This document shows positions 1 to 14,242 of a stretch of 64,000 bases of DNA, one piece after another. The translations under genes were made by a program, and so were the position numbers. The stretch is from Eledone cirrhosa (taxonomy: Eukaryota). The stretch's first letter is position 1; each line of letters begins with the position of its first letter. The stretch is taken from assembly GCA_964016885.1 (NCBI GenBank), contig CAXHJY010000949.1:62001-126000 (forward strand), in the 5' to 3' direction. The notes beneath the pieces are model-generated. The model ran no database searches. It saw nothing but the letters and a program-made list of their open reading frames with translations, and had not been told where the DNA came from.

Positions 1-3000
1 TAATAATAATCGAAGAAATAATAATAATAATCGAATAAATGTGACACCACGTATACCATCTGAGTCTACCTCGACTGTTGTGGAAAATACTATCGATAAT
101 GATAATCAAAAGTATAAACAATTGAAAATGTCCCTCAACGAAATCTTCCAGAGAGAAATTAACTCATGTATAAATATCTCTCTGGCTGAACGTGTTAAAA
201 CGACAATGGTGAATAAAAAAAACAAATAATGAAATACTACGTGTTATTGACGAAATAGGGGATGAATATTTACGACGGATAAAAACCCCAACATTTTGGC
301 AAATCAACGCCTGTTTATATGCCTTAGCAATGACAGTGAAGCATTATCTTGGTGATTGCAGAGATATTAACAAGAACAAAACACCACCAAAAATACCATC
401 ATATATAACTAAAATAGAAAAAAAGAGTGCTGACCTACGAAAAACCATAGGACATGTGACAATGCTCCTTACATGCAAACAAACACAAAAAAACCTCACT
501 CCTCACCAACAAAGAGTGAAAAATAAAATAGAGACGATGTTTGGTAACAGTAGAACCAGAACTCTCCAATATAAGCTGATCACCCTCAAACAAGAATTGA
601 GAGCGAGAAAGGTTGATACCTGAAGAAGGTAGATGAGAGAAAAATGCTTAATAAAAGATTCAGACGAAACCAAACATCAGTCTATAGAGATATGAAGAAC
701 AAAATAATAAGTGTCACTGAGGCCCCATCCCAGAAAGACATAAGATTCCTTTTGGATTAAAATATGGGGTGAAAAGAAGAATTTCAACCAAGATGCGGTG
801 TGGCTAAGAGAAATCCGAAAGAACTATTGCTCCTACAATACAACAAAAACATACGAAATAAGTGAGGGTACCCTTGAGACTGTGATAGGAAAACTCCAAG
901 ATAAGAAAACACCAGGAAGAGACATGATTGTCGGCTACTGGTACAAAAAACTAATATTCTATCGGAGGTATCTTACTGACCTCTACCAACAAATTCTTAA
1001 GGGAGATACACTTATACCAGAATGGTTGACATTAGCACAAACGTTACTGAACAAAGACACCCACTTGGCAAAAAACTACCGACCCATTGCATGCCAGAAC
1101 CTAATGTATAAGATGTATACAGCCTGCCTCAACCTATTCCTCCAAGATCACTGTGAAAATAACAACATCATCACAGATGAACAAGCAGCTGGAAAGAAAA
1201 GGGTTTGGGGATGTGCTGAACAACTCCTAATCAACAAAACTGCGATGTCGGAGGTGCGACAACTTGGGAGGAATATGACTACAGTCTGGCTGGACTACAA
1301 GAAAGCTTTCGATTCTGTTCCCCACTCTTGGATGATAGAGGCCCTCCAACTTGCTAAAGTCCCAGACATTATTGTCAGAGCCATAGAGAGGCTGTCTTCT
1401 TCTTGGGCTACTATCCTAAGGTTAAAGACAGAGAGGGAGGACTCTATTTTCACTGATAAAATAAAATATTGCAGAGGTATATTTCAGGGGGACAGTCTCT
1501 CTGTGATATTGTTCATCTTGTCATTAAACCCCTTGTCCTTTCTGCTCAAGAAATGTGAGGGATACATCATTGGCTCACAGGAGGACAGAAATACGAACCT
1601 AACCCATAACTTCTTTGTGGACGATCTGAAACTCTATGCCAAGAACATGGATGGGATGAAGAAAAATCTTGACCTGGTTACAACGTTCTCAAAGGATATA
1701 GGAATGGAGTTTGGCCAAGATAAATGCTCATACATGACTGTAAAGCGGGGAAAAACAACAACCCAATCTAGCAACATTGTCATCAATGGTCTAACTGTTT
1801 CACCGATATCTGATGAGGACTGCTACAGATACCTGGGGATAGATGAGAACATATCCTATAATGGTATCTGTAATAAAGAACACGTAACTAGGGAATACTA
1901 CAACCGATTAAGAAAGATCTGGTCATCGGAACTCTCTGTGCAAAACAAAACAGTGGCTCACAATGTGTTTGCTGTGCCTGTCCTAACACCAACGTTTGGA
2001 ATACTCAATTGGATGATAGACGAAATCCGAGCAGTTGATGTTGGAACTCGAAAAATACTGAACAACACCGGAAACTTCCACATCAACAGTGACATAGACC
2101 GCCTTTACTTGAAACGTAGGCAGGGAGGCAGAGGCCTAACATCAGTCCAGACAACATTTGAATGTCGCATCATATCTCTCCGACAACATCTATGAACCTC
2201 GAAGCGTAGGACCCCGCTTCTCGAGCAAGTCTATCTGCATGAAACAGATAAGATCATGAGAGTTGGGAAGGAACTCCTTGAGAGATATTCCCTGTGTGAT
2301 AATCAAAAACTCACACCCAGGGATGTCGCTCAGCAGTATCGCAGTGAATCCATGGATGAAAAACTGCATGCCTATCAGCAAAAAATCATGCATGGATATG
2401 TTGCCAGGAAGCTCCAGAGTGAGAGTAATATAGATAAGGAAAGTAGTCTATCTTGGACCAACAACCACTATATTGGCTCCCACTTTGAAGGATACGCTTT
2501 TGCAATCCAAGAACAGGAGATTAGCACGAAATATCTGATTCACAAAAGAGATAGGGATGCAGGCAAAACACCTAGATGTGATAACAAGTGCAGACTCTGC
2601 AGAACTAACATCGAGGATATCACCCATGTCATCAGCAGCTGCCCAAAGATGTCATCGCGGTACTATCTACCTATGAGGCATGATGTAGTGGCCAAAACAC
2701 TGTACAATGCAGTTCGTAAAAAAGATAGCCCCGATAATAAACACATTAAAAGCTACAACAATGTGGAAGACATCCATGTACATAATATGAAAGAGTACTG
2801 GTGGGAATGTTCCAGTAAGAACCCCAATAAAATGCAGGCATAACAGACCAGATATTATGATATGGGACAGGGAGAAGAAAACATGCACAGTAGTGGAAAT
2901 TAGCTGCCCAGCAGATGCCAATATAATATCAAAGATTAGTGAAAAGGAGAATATTTATGCAGAACTGATGAGAAATCTGCAGATACTCCACCCTGATTAC

Positions 3001-3420
3001 ACCTTCAGATTTATGCCTGTGATTATTGGGGCACTGGGATATGTTAGTAACTGCATCAATACAAATCTTGAGAAGCTAGGCTTCACAGGAACAGAAAGAA
3101 CACAACTAGTTAGAAAATTACAAGTACAATCAATTAATGGAACAGTAAAAATATGTAAAACATTCCAAAAATTTTGCATCTAATAACTGCATATACACAT
3201 GTACAGATACAAAGCATATACACATGCACACATATAATTCAAAACATCCACATCCACATACAATAACATCCATATCTACACATGCATGCATGCAGACATA
3301 CATACATATCTACCTAGTTGATGTTGTGTAAATTCCAATGAGAGAGTCTTGTGTCTATGTTAGAAACCGACTCTCTCTCTATTGGTAAAACTTTGTGAAA
3401 TTATAAAGCCAGAAGAACAT
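1..3420 (+). mobile_element. R4/Dong-type non-LTR retrotransposon (RT + CCHC knuckle + restriction-like endonuclease), decayed, 5' end outside window
   Basis: ORF pieces 41-229, 330-623, 798-2195, 2256-2843 and 2857-3183 are collinear but broken by stops/frameshifts. RT motifs NYRPIAC, WLDYKKAFDSVPH, GIFQGDSLS, FFVDDLKLY, YRYLG; GGRGL; CRLC..EDITHVISSC knuckle; RHD and (RPD)..IWD..VVEISCP..K..Y RLE motifs. About 240 bp 3' UTR ends at a (CATA)n tract. Confidence 0.92.
798..2195 (+). pseudogene. Reverse transcriptase domain of the R4/Dong-type element
   Basis: 465-aa ORF with all non-LTR RT motifs; ends at a premature stop before the knuckle and endonuclease parts. Confidence 0.9.
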
Positions 3421-3440
3421 ACATACATACATACATACAT

Positions 3441-4010
3441 GGTGGCTGCCAACTCGTTTTCGAGTACGGCCACTACTTTATATCCATGTAGGAGAACTCC
3501 TACCGATGCGCTGAACGAATGTGACTTTAGTCCAGCCAGCGACTTGAAAACTCTGGTACAAACACTACACTTGTTACAATTATTGACACATAGTGCTATG
3601 CTCATGGTACCATGTGACGACAAGTGCAGAGAGATCTCCAGATATAAAGCAATGCCTGTGCCGTGAAGCTTTTATAGTGAGCAAAGGCACTGCACAAAGC
3701 CAGTCCCACTCTCTTAACCAAGATGATATTTACCAAAAAGAAGAACAAGTCAACATCATTGGATACCATCAGAGTTGCAGGTGTTATATCAGAGTTTTCC
3801 TTCTCCTAGAATTCTGCCTTGACAAAGGCTAAGGGGTCATCTCTCCCGGTGATTTTGGATGGCCATTGACTCTTAAGAGCTCCTTTGCCCTTTGACAGGT
3901 TTTGTTTTTAGTCCTGCAGGATGTCCAAAGTCACCCTCCTCACCAAGAAACCTTAGTGGGGTTGCCAGTTTAGTCGCCAACGACCCGACCATGGGACAGG
4001 TTGTACTGGA
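3441..4010 (-). mobile_element. Short bipartite RTE-derived element (5' UTR-like part joined to 3' end encoding a C2H2 finger)
   Basis: 3441-3655 is the reverse complement of 57095-57313 and encodes CSVCTRVFKSLAGLKSH. 3770-4010 resembles 61150-61310 and contains an RTE-5'UTR-like ctaggagaaggaaaactctga. Flanked both sides by (TACA)n. Confidence 0.6.
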
Positions 4011-4031
4011 ATACATGTATACATACATACA

Positions 4032-4062
<31 letters not shown>

Positions 4063-4339
4063 CAGAATCATTATCATCAATTTAAACATCCTTTCTCCCT
4101 GCTAGCACGCATCACACACACACACAACACACATATACATATGTATGTATACACACACACAGAAAATCAACCTCTCATCTTTTAAACAGACTTTTAGGTA
4201 GTGGTTCCCTCATCACAGTACCCTATTTGTGATCACCCCTACCCACAGTCTCATGCCTCTCTCAAATTCCTCTACAGTTGTCATACTCACATGACATACT
4301 TTTGTCACCTCATCTCTTCCACATATTACTCTTTTAATC

Positions 4340-4520
4340 CCACCCCACATGGCATTGTCCTCCTCCCCAGATGGCATTGTCATACTCCCCACATGGCATT
4401 GTCATCTCCCCCACGACATTGTCCCCCCCCACATCGCACTGTCATCCTCCCCACATGGCATTGTCACACCCCACCTACCCACATGGCATTGTAAAACATG
4501 GCATTGTCATCCTCCCCATA
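4340..4520. repeat. Degenerate ~22-bp minisatellite (cccacatggcattgtcatcctc)
   Basis: About 8 imperfect copies visible. Confidence 0.75.
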
Positions 4521-4630
4521 TACCTATTGTTCATGACATCATAAATAACATTTCTATTGTTGGTGCAATGACAAAATACACCCAGTACACTATGTAAAGT
4601 GTTAGGAAGATCACCATCCTAACCATGCTA

Positions 4631-5022
4631 AATAATTGTTTCTACTTTTGGCACAAGCCAGCAATTAACCAGTACATTACTGGTACTTTATTTTATCGAC
4701 CCCGTAAGGATGAAAGGCAAAGTTAACCTCGGCGGGATTTGAACTCAGAATGGCAAGGGCCGTAACTCTATGCGTCAAAGCATGGCGTCCGACCCTCTAC
4801 CGATACTGCCAATCCACCACCCAGGTGTCCGACCCTCTACCGATACTGCCAATCCACCGCCCTGGTGTCCGACCCTCTACCGATACTGCCAATCCACCGC
4901 CCTGGTGTCCGACCCTCTACCGATACTGCCAATCCACCGCCCTGGTGTCCGACCCTCTACCGATACTGCCAATCCACCGCCCTGGTGTCCGACCCTCTAC
5001 CGATACTGCCAATCCACCGCCC
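4631..5022 (-). mobile_element. tRNA-derived SINE family A with tandemly amplified head
   Basis: Minus strand has A-box-like tggcagtatcggtag, B-box gagttcaaatcc, central gcctttcatccttacggggtcgataaaataaagtaccag and a (TTA)n tail. More than 15 copies in the window. Confidence 0.88.
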
Positions 5023-5099
5023 TAAATAATATTGAGATAACCCTTTGCTCCTGACATGGTGGTCTTTCTAGTGCCAAGGGAAATACACCCACAACATTC

Positions 5100-6360
5100 T
5101 TCTCATCATCATCATCATCAATAGCATCATCAGCTGCAACAACCACAATGACAGTAACTACAACACCAGCATCATCATCAACATCAACATCAACACCAGC
5201 ATCATCATCAACATCAACACCAACATCAACACCAGCATCATCATCAACATCAACACCAGCATCATCATCAACACCAGCATCAACATCAACATCAACACCA
5301 GCATCATCATCAACATCAACACCATCATCAACATCAACACCGGCATCAACATCAACATCAACACCAGCATCATCATCAACACCAGCATCATCATCAACAT
5401 CAACACCAGCATCATCATCAACATCAACATCATCATCAACATCAACACCAGCATCAACATCAACATCAACACCAGCATCATCATCAACATCAACACCGGC
5501 ATCAACATCAACATCAACACCAGCATCATCATCAACATCAACACCAGCATCATCATCAACATCAACACCAGCATCATCATCAACACCAGCATCATCATCA
5601 ACATCAACACCAGCATCATCATCAACATCAACACCAGCATCAACATCAACATCAACACCAGCATCATCATCAACATCAACACCAGCATCATCATCAACAC
5701 CAGCATCATCATCAACATCAACACCAGCATCAACATCAACATCAGCATCATCATCATCAACACCAGCATCATCATCAACACCAGCATCATCATCATCATC
5801 AACACCAGCATCATCATCAACACCAGCATCATCATCAACATCAACACCAGCATCATCATCAACATCAACACCAGCATCATCATCATCATCAACACCAGCA
5901 TCATCATCAACATCAACACCAGCATCATCATCAACATCAACACCAGCATCAACATCAACATCAACACCAGCATCATCATCAACACCAGCATCATCATCAT
6001 CATCAACACCAGCATCATCATCTACAACACCATGAACTACATAGACATTAACAAAAACCATAGCAACAACATGGACTGCATGAACATCATCATCATCAAG
6101 AACACAAACATCTTCGACATCAATATTAACATCAACAACAACATGATCATCATCGACCATAGCAACAAAATCAACAGCATGAACAACAACAACATCATGA
6201 ACAACATCAATATTAACATCAACAACATCATCATCATCGACCATAGCAACAAAATCAATATTAACAACAACAACATTAACAACAACAACATTAACAACAA
6301 CAACATTAATAACAACATCAATATTAACAACAACAACATCAATAGCAGCAACAATATCAA
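5100..6360. repeat. Low-complexity (CAT/CAA/CAC)n trinucleotide-derived array
   Basis: Repeating acaccagcatcatcatcaacatca units; produces spurious ORFs in several frames. Confidence 0.92.
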
Positions 6361-6475
6361 GAGCATATAAGCTATAAGAGACGAGAATCCGATCAAATTG
6401 ACACTAAGTTGGTCAATTTGGCACAAGGCCTGCAAATACCCCAGTGGCAATTACTGGTACTTTATAGCAATAATA

Positions 6476-6655
6476 ATGGTTTTTTTATTGAGGCACAAGA
6501 CCAACAAGTTTAGGGGAGGGGATGGTGATTACATTGACCTCAGTACATTACAGGTACTTTATTTTATCGACCTTGTCATGATGAAAGGCAATGCTAGCTT
6601 TGGCAGGATTTGAACTCAGAACAAAAAGGGACGTAACACTATGCTGCTCAGCATT
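6476..6655 (-). mobile_element. SINE family A, diverged copy
   Basis: ggcacaagaccaac...ggtactttattttatcgacc...ggatttgaactcag. Confidence 0.75.
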
Positions 6656-7666
6656 CAATAACAAGAACAACTATAATATTTGTTTTATTTGCCACCATGG
6701 CCAAAGATGTTTAGGGTAGCAGGCGGAAGCAATATGAAAACCTTAGGGTGGGGCTTGGCAGATATAAAAGAGTGAAATCAACAAGAACAATTGGAATGGA
6801 TCTCAGTCAGTTTTGATAATGAAATTTCCAGTTTTTCAATCAAGAGAGCAGCCTGCTAGTGAAATTTATGAACATTCCAGAGGCATGTGTATCCTTAATA
6901 TGACAGTGTGTCTGACATGACTTGCCCTGTAATTTAGAGGTACACTCCCTCTGATGGGATTCCAAATAGCTTCTGTCCGCCCTAATTCACTCATAAACCA
7001 TGAATAGACATAAGGCTAAGGTAAATGACACTTGCCCAAGATGTCATGTAATTAGATTAAACCTTGGAAATAATAATTGTAAAGTGAATCTCTTAAACAT
7101 TTAGCCATGCTGCCTCTACACACATGATAATATTTGTTTGACACACTGTATATACTTGTATATAAGCTGAGAAAAAAATCAATGGTCAATATTTTGCTGA
7201 TTTTCTACAACCTCTAAATTCTATATAAATGTGTTTAGATATTTTTCACTTTGGAGGTGAATATTATGTGGGTTTCACTTTCAATATGAAATTCATATTT
7301 CCTATTGTTTTTTATATGTTTTGTATGAACATGGCATTCAAACTGATAGGAAATTAGTAAAAACTCATTACATAATGGAGTTGTGAAATAGACTATACTC
7401 TAAATGATGTTCAACATATTTAAAATATCAAAATATTAAAACTTCATAAATATATTTTTCACTCATGAGAATTTCAAAACTACATCTAAACATAATGTGT
7501 TGGTTACCTGATCAGCTTATAAACGGGGGTTTGGACTTTTGCCTATTTCTCAGACATAAAGTAAGGGTCAGTTTTATGTGGGTATATACAATAATTCACA
7601 AATCAGCAATGCAGAGATACTTAAAAGGTGTGGGCCCAACAATGTTGTTGCTATGACCATATTTAA

Positions 7667-7886
7667 CCATTTAACATTTACATTACTCTATATATGCTAT
7701 TGTATTTTCACAGTAAAGGCTTTATCTTACATAATATCTCACATAATATCAAATCTACGCGATTTTGATGTTATTTATTTTGAGAACAATACCTTAATGT
7801 AGGTATGAGTGGCCAGTTACAGCCGGTTTGAAGAGAAAGAAATGAGAGAGTTCTGGCCAGATATGGTTGGTTTAAATGCTAAAGGG
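7667..7886. mobile_element. piggyBac-type MITE (~215 bp)
   Basis: TTAA on both sides, TIR cc(c/a)ttta(g/a)cattta; homologous to 49487-49701 and 49886-50093. Confidence 0.82.
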
Positions 7887-8145
7887 TTAAGGCTTCATTC
7901 AAGCCTAGTCATAGTGAGACAGGAATGATTAAAATAATGGACAGATTCAGTTGGTGTCTGCTTGAATATGACCACAGCTGTAGAATTTATCCCAAACAGT
8001 CAATACTTTGTTGTAGCATCGATAGATGAAGGATTTTGGAAATTGTTCATAATCCCTGAACGGAAAACCCTCTGAAAGATTCTACTCAAACCGTTCTCTT
8101 TGATGTTTAGAATAGTTTCCAATAAACCCTTAGCATTATCAGTAT

Positions 8146-8955
8146 TGATTTCTAATTCAGGCACAAGGCCAGCAATTTCTAGTGAGAGGATTAGTTGATT
8201 AGTTGATTAAATTGATGTCAGTACTTGAATATTTTATTTTATATAGAAAAATGAAAGGCAGATTTGACATTGGCAGGATTTGATCTCAAAATGTAAAGAA
8301 CTAAAAAAATATCTAAAATTCTAAATTCTATCTTGAGCCCAGAAACTCCTCAGGCCAGTTCTTATCCAGGTTTCCATGGTATGAAGCAACAGAGTACAAT
8401 ACTTCCCCCTGGACAGGACACCAGTCTATCGCAGGGTTAAACCTTCAGCTACTGCTGGTACTCATTTTCAGCTGAGTATACTGGAGCAATGTGGAATGAA
8501 GTGTTTTTCTCAAGAACACAACACATAACCCCATCTAGGAATATACCAAAGAGAAATTTGGTCAAAATTCTAACAGTTTAGCCATATTATTTATTTCACA
8601 TTTCATCACATGGGTGGTAACTTTGGAGGGAAGGTAATGTTGATTACATCACCTCAGGTATATCAATGTTGATTTATTTTATCGACCCCAAAAGGATAAA
8701 AGGTTGGATTTCAACTTAGAGCACAAATATACACCCCAAAACATTTAGTCTGATGTGCTAATGATTCTGCTAGGTGGAAATTTTGGAGAGAGGGAGTGTA
8801 AAGTCGATTACATCACACCAGGTACTTCTATGGAATTTCATTTTATCCACTCCAGAAAGATGAAATTAAACAAAATGAAAGGTGGATTTGAACTTCGAGA
8901 ACAATTAAACATGGCAAAACATTTTCTCCGATGTGCTAACGACTCTGCCAGTCTG
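8146..8955 (-). mobile_element. Cluster of old SINE copies (family A pieces plus a CORE-like SINE body at ~8360-8540)
   Basis: Diverged matches to ggcacaaggccagc, tgaaaggc, ggatttgaac and to ctggagcaatgtg..aagtgt..ctcaag.acacaacac. Confidence 0.62.
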
Positions 8956-9364
8956 AACAATGAACAACTATAGGAATACATGTGATGAGCATGATGCTGC
9001 TGGTGGTCATGATGATGATGATGATGATGATTATAGTAGGCTTACTACCTCCTTCATCTTGATATTCACCATCACCATTACTATTTATCCTCTTTCAACA
9101 TTTCCTATCTCATGTTTTCTTGTTGACTTTATTGTTACTGCCAATGTTGCTGCTGCTAATCTTGTTGCTGTTAATGTTGATGCTGCTAATGTTGCTGCTG
9201 CTAATGTTGCTGCTGCTAATGTTGCTGCTGCTAATGTTGCTGCTGCTAATGTTGCTGCTGCTGCAACAGTCTTAAGCTGCATGGACAAATTTTATAACAC
9301 TCAGTGATTGGAAGGAGTACTTTTGTCAAAACAACCATTGGTTTCATAGACACACTCACAAGCA

Positions 9365-9598
9365 TACACACATATACATACACATACATATATGTGTGAA
9401 TGTATTTATGTATGTAAATATATATACATATGTATATATATATATTTATATATATATATATAAATATATTTGTATATATATATATATGTATATATATATA
9501 TAAATATATTTGTATATATATATATATATATATATAAATGTATTTGTATATATATATATATAAATGTATTTGTATATATATATATATAAATGTATTTG

Positions 9599-9631
<33 letters not shown>

Positions 9632-9780
9632 GTACATGTATTTGTATATATATATATATATTTATATATATGTACATGTATTTGTATATATATATATATA
9701 TATTTATATATATGTACATCATCATCATCATCATCATCATCTAACGTCCATTTTCCACGCTAGCACGGTACATGTATTTG

Positions 9781-9812
<32 letters not shown>

Positions 9813-9856
9813 CACATATATATTTATATGTATATATGTATATGCCCATATATACG

Positions 9857-9888
<32 letters not shown>

Positions 9889-9890
9889 TA
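9365..9890. repeat. (TA)n-rich microsatellite with a short RTE/SINE tail remnant at ~9718-9768
   Basis: TA runs; catcatcat ctaacgtccattttccacgctagca matches RTE 3' tails elsewhere in the window. Confidence 0.85.
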
Positions 9891-10135
9891 CACCTGTACA
9901 TTTCGCTTTACTAAAGTACAAAGATTTGAAATTTTTCCTCTTCCTTTTTTTCCCCATTTTTATTATTATCTGTATCATTATTATTAGTGTTGTTAGTGTT
10001 GTTGTTAGTGTTGTTCTATTTATTTATCCTGTTTAGCAGATTATTTTAAATAGACATGTCTTGCAAAAGGGATTATCTTCTTAGGTTTGCAATAATTGCT
10101 TTTAAACATGGGTTCATGTTTCCCTTAGAATGCAA

Positions 10136-11039
10136 CAACAGCAGCAACAACACCAACCACCATCACCACCACCACCACTCAGAATACCTTCAACTGCACC
10201 ACCACAACCAATAACACAACCACCAATAACACCCCCATCACCACCACTACCACTACCACCAACTCCACTATCAATACCACCACCAACACTACTATAACAA
10301 ATAACACCAACACCACTACCAGGACCAATAACCCATCACCGTCATCAACACCACCACCACCATTAACACCACCACCATCAATAACATCATCATCAACAAT
10401 AACACCACCATCAACAACACCACCATCATTAACCCCACCAATAACACCACCACCACCATTAACCTCACTAATAAAACCACCACCACCACCAATAACTCTA
10501 TATCCAATAACCCCACCACCACCTCCACCACCAATAACCCCATCTCCAATAACACCACCATCACTACCACGACAACCACCACCATCAACAACACCACCAC
10601 CATTAACCCCACCAATAACAACACCACCACCACCAATAACTCCATATCCAATAACCCCACCACCATCACCACCAATAACTCCATCTCCAATAACACCACC
10701 ATCACTACCACGACAACCACCACCAGCAAGCCAACACCACCAATAACTCCACCACCAACAATACCATCAACACCACCAACAATACCAACAACTCCACCAC
10801 CACCACCAACAATACCATCAAACCACCACCAACACCACCAATAACTCCACCACCAACACTACCAACAACTCCACCACCACCTCCAACAATACCATCAAAC
10901 CACCACCAACACTACCAACAACTCCACCACCACCACCAACACCACCACCACCACCACCAACAATACCATCAACACCACCACCACCACCACCAACAACACC
11001 ACCACCACCACCACCAACAACAATACCAGCAACACCACC

Positions 11040-11070
<31 letters not shown>

Positions 11071-11399
11071 CCACCACCAACACCACCAATAACTCCACCA
11101 CCAACACTACCAACAACTCCACCACCACCACCAACACCACCACCACCACCACCACCAACAATACCATCAACACCACCACCACCACCACCACCAACAACAA
11201 TACCATCAACACCACCACCACCACCACCAACAACAACAACACCACCACCAACACCACCAATAACTCCACCACCAACAATACCATCAACACCACCAACACC
11301 ACCACCAACAACAACAACAACAATACCACCACCACCACCACCACCACCACCAATAATTCCAACACCTACAATAACAACAACAATACCAGCAACACCACC

Positions 11400-11430
<31 letters not shown>

Positions 11431-11560
11431 CCACCACCAACACCACCAATAACTCCACCACCAACAATACCATCAACACCACCAACACCACCACCAACAA
11501 CAACAACAACAATACCACCACCGCCACCAATAATTCCAACACCTACAATAACAACAGCAA
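10136..11560. repeat. Low-complexity (CAC/CAA)n array
   Basis: Direct inspection. Confidence 0.92.
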
Positions 11561-12140
11561 TGAGCAGAAGAAGCTGAGGAGAGATGCAAGTTTCGACAGG
11601 CCGTCAATAAAAACTGATGTACTTATACATTCCACTGTTTTACTTAGATTTGCAGTCCTTCTTATGGAGAAATATATATATATATGTATATATGTATATA
11701 TGTATATATATATATATATATAATGCACATTTGCAGCACACTCAAGAGTTGGCAATCAATATATATCTACTCATATATATATGTGTGTGTATATATATAT
11801 ATGTACCTATGCATATAATGTATACATACATATACCCAAACATCTATACACATGCATTCACACACATACACTCATATATATATATATATATATATATGTA
11901 CAGAACACACATTAACAGAAGACTATATAGGCTATAGTAATAGTATAGTAATGTCAATATATCTATTGTTTAGTATTAATATTGGTTTTATGACCATGTT
12001 TCACGTTATGTTAATTCAATAGTGATGTATATTGCTAGTTTATGTATGTTTTATAAGGACAGTGTTCATGTTACAACCTCACTAGAACACTTAAACACGT
12101 GTAGCTAATTTAGAAGAGGGTCCTTGTAATCTGAGTGGTA

Positions 12141-13135
12141 CTCTGGTATAAACAGCATTGTTAGCCCACCATAGGGCCACTGAGGTATAAACAACACTGT
12201 TAGCCCACCATAGGGCCACTGAGGTATAAACAACACTGTTAGGCCACCATAGGGCCACTGTGGTATAAACAACACTGTTAACCCACCATAGGGCCACTCT
12301 GGTATAAACAACACTGTTAGCCCACCATAGGGCCACTGAGGTATAAACAACACTGTTAACCCACAATAGGGCCACTCTGGTATAAACAACACTGTTAACC
12401 CACCATAGGGCCACTGAGGTATAAACAACACTGTTAGCCCACCATAGGACCACTGAGGTATAAACAACACTGTTAGCCCACCATAGGACCACTGAGGTAT
12501 AAACAACACTGTTAACCCACCATAGGACCACTGAGGTATAAACAACACTGTTAACCCACCATAGGGCCACTGAGGTATAAACAACACTGTTAGCCCACCA
12601 TAGGGCCACTGAGGTATAAACAACACTGTTAGCCCACCATAGGGCCACTCTGGTATAAACAACACTGTTAGTCCACCATAGGGCCACTGAGGTATAAACA
12701 ACACTGTTAGCCCACCATAGGGCCACTGAGGTATAAACAACACTGTTAGGCCACCATAGGGCCACTGTGGTATAAACAACACTGTTAACCCACCATAGGG
12801 CCACTCTGGTATAAACAACACTGTTAGCCCACCATAGGGCCACTGAGGTATAAACAACACTGTTAACCCACCATAGGGCCACTCTGGTATAAACAACACT
12901 GTTAACCCACCATAGGGCCACTGAGGTATAAACAACACTGTTAGCCCACCATAGGACCACTGAGGTATAAACAACACTGTTAGCCCACCATAGGGCTACT
13001 GTGGTATAAACAATACTTTGTTAACCCATCATAATGCTACAGGAGTATAAAAAACACTGTTAGTCCATTGTAGGTTTACTGTGGTATAAACAACACAAGA
13101 TTACTGTGGTATAAACACTATGTTAGCCCATCATA
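12141..13135. repeat. 39-bp minisatellite, about 22 good copies decaying at the right edge
   Basis: Unit ggtataaacaacactgttagcccaccatagggccactga; 13-aa periodicity in minus-strand ORFs. Confidence 0.95.
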
Positions 13136-13276
13136 CTGGCATTGTGGTATAAAGAAAATTATATTAACCCATCATAGACATGTTTCCGAGTTCGATGTTG
13201 TCAGTGTTTATATTTCAATCTCAAGTTGTTGATAGACTCTCTCTCTCTCTCTCTCTCTAATATATATATATATATA

Positions 13277-13736
<460 letters not shown>

Positions 13737-13754
13737 GAGAGAGAGAGAGAGAAT

Positions 13755-14080
13755 AGGAGGCACATGGCTTAGTGGTTAGAGCATCGGGCTTGAAATAGAA
13801 AGGTTGTGAGTTCAATTCTCAGACCGGGTGATGTGTTGTGTCCTTGAGCAAGACACTTTATTTCACATTGCTCCAGTTTACTCACCTGTAGAAATGAGAT
13901 GATAGGGACTGGGGTCCATATCATTCCACTGCAAAGTGGTCGTGGAGGTGCCACGGCAAAAAAGCACCCAGCACTCACTGTAAATGAGGTTGGTGTTAGG
14001 AAGGGCATCCAGCTGTAGAAATCAAGCCAGAATCAGTTCCCGTCCCACCCTTGCAAGCAGGGAAAAGTGGACGTAAAAGA

Positions 14081-14083
<3 letters not shown>
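13755..14083 (+). mobile_element. tRNA-derived CORE-like SINE family B with RTE-type 3' tail
   Basis: A box tggcttagtggttag, B box gagttcaattc, CORE-like ccttgagcaagacacttt, tail ggcatccagctgtagaaa...ggacgtaaaagatgat shared with RTE 3' UTRs. Near-identical copies at 37955-38226 and 55381-55714. Confidence 0.88.
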
Positions 14084-14114
<31 letters not shown>

Positions 14115-14242
14115 AAAGTTATATTTAAATTGTTGGGTTAACAACGAGTAAATATTTATAACTGATATAAAAGCACTCAACAAGTATTTGGAGTATATTT
14201 ATGATATTAAATAAATGGAAACTATATTTATAAAACCATATT

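Noticed and set aside
4997-6244. Asp-rich (shell-matrix-like) or mucin-like S/T/P ORFs
   Set aside because: Trinucleotide-derived low complexity is open in several frames on both strands; no signal peptide or splice context.
11574-11605. Hammerhead-like CTGAGGA..GACA ggcc gTC
   Set aside because: GAAA is broken and there is no stem I; could be chance.
12141-13135. CRISPR-like regular array
   Set aside because: Units are contiguous 39-bp repeats with no unique spacers, there are no cas genes, and the context is eukaryotic.
13173-13204. Minus-strand CTGACAA..GAAAcatgTC
   Set aside because: G8 is missing and stems I and II are unsupported.
13755-13830. tRNA gene
   Set aside because: A and B boxes are present but there is no cloverleaf; it is a SINE head with several copies.
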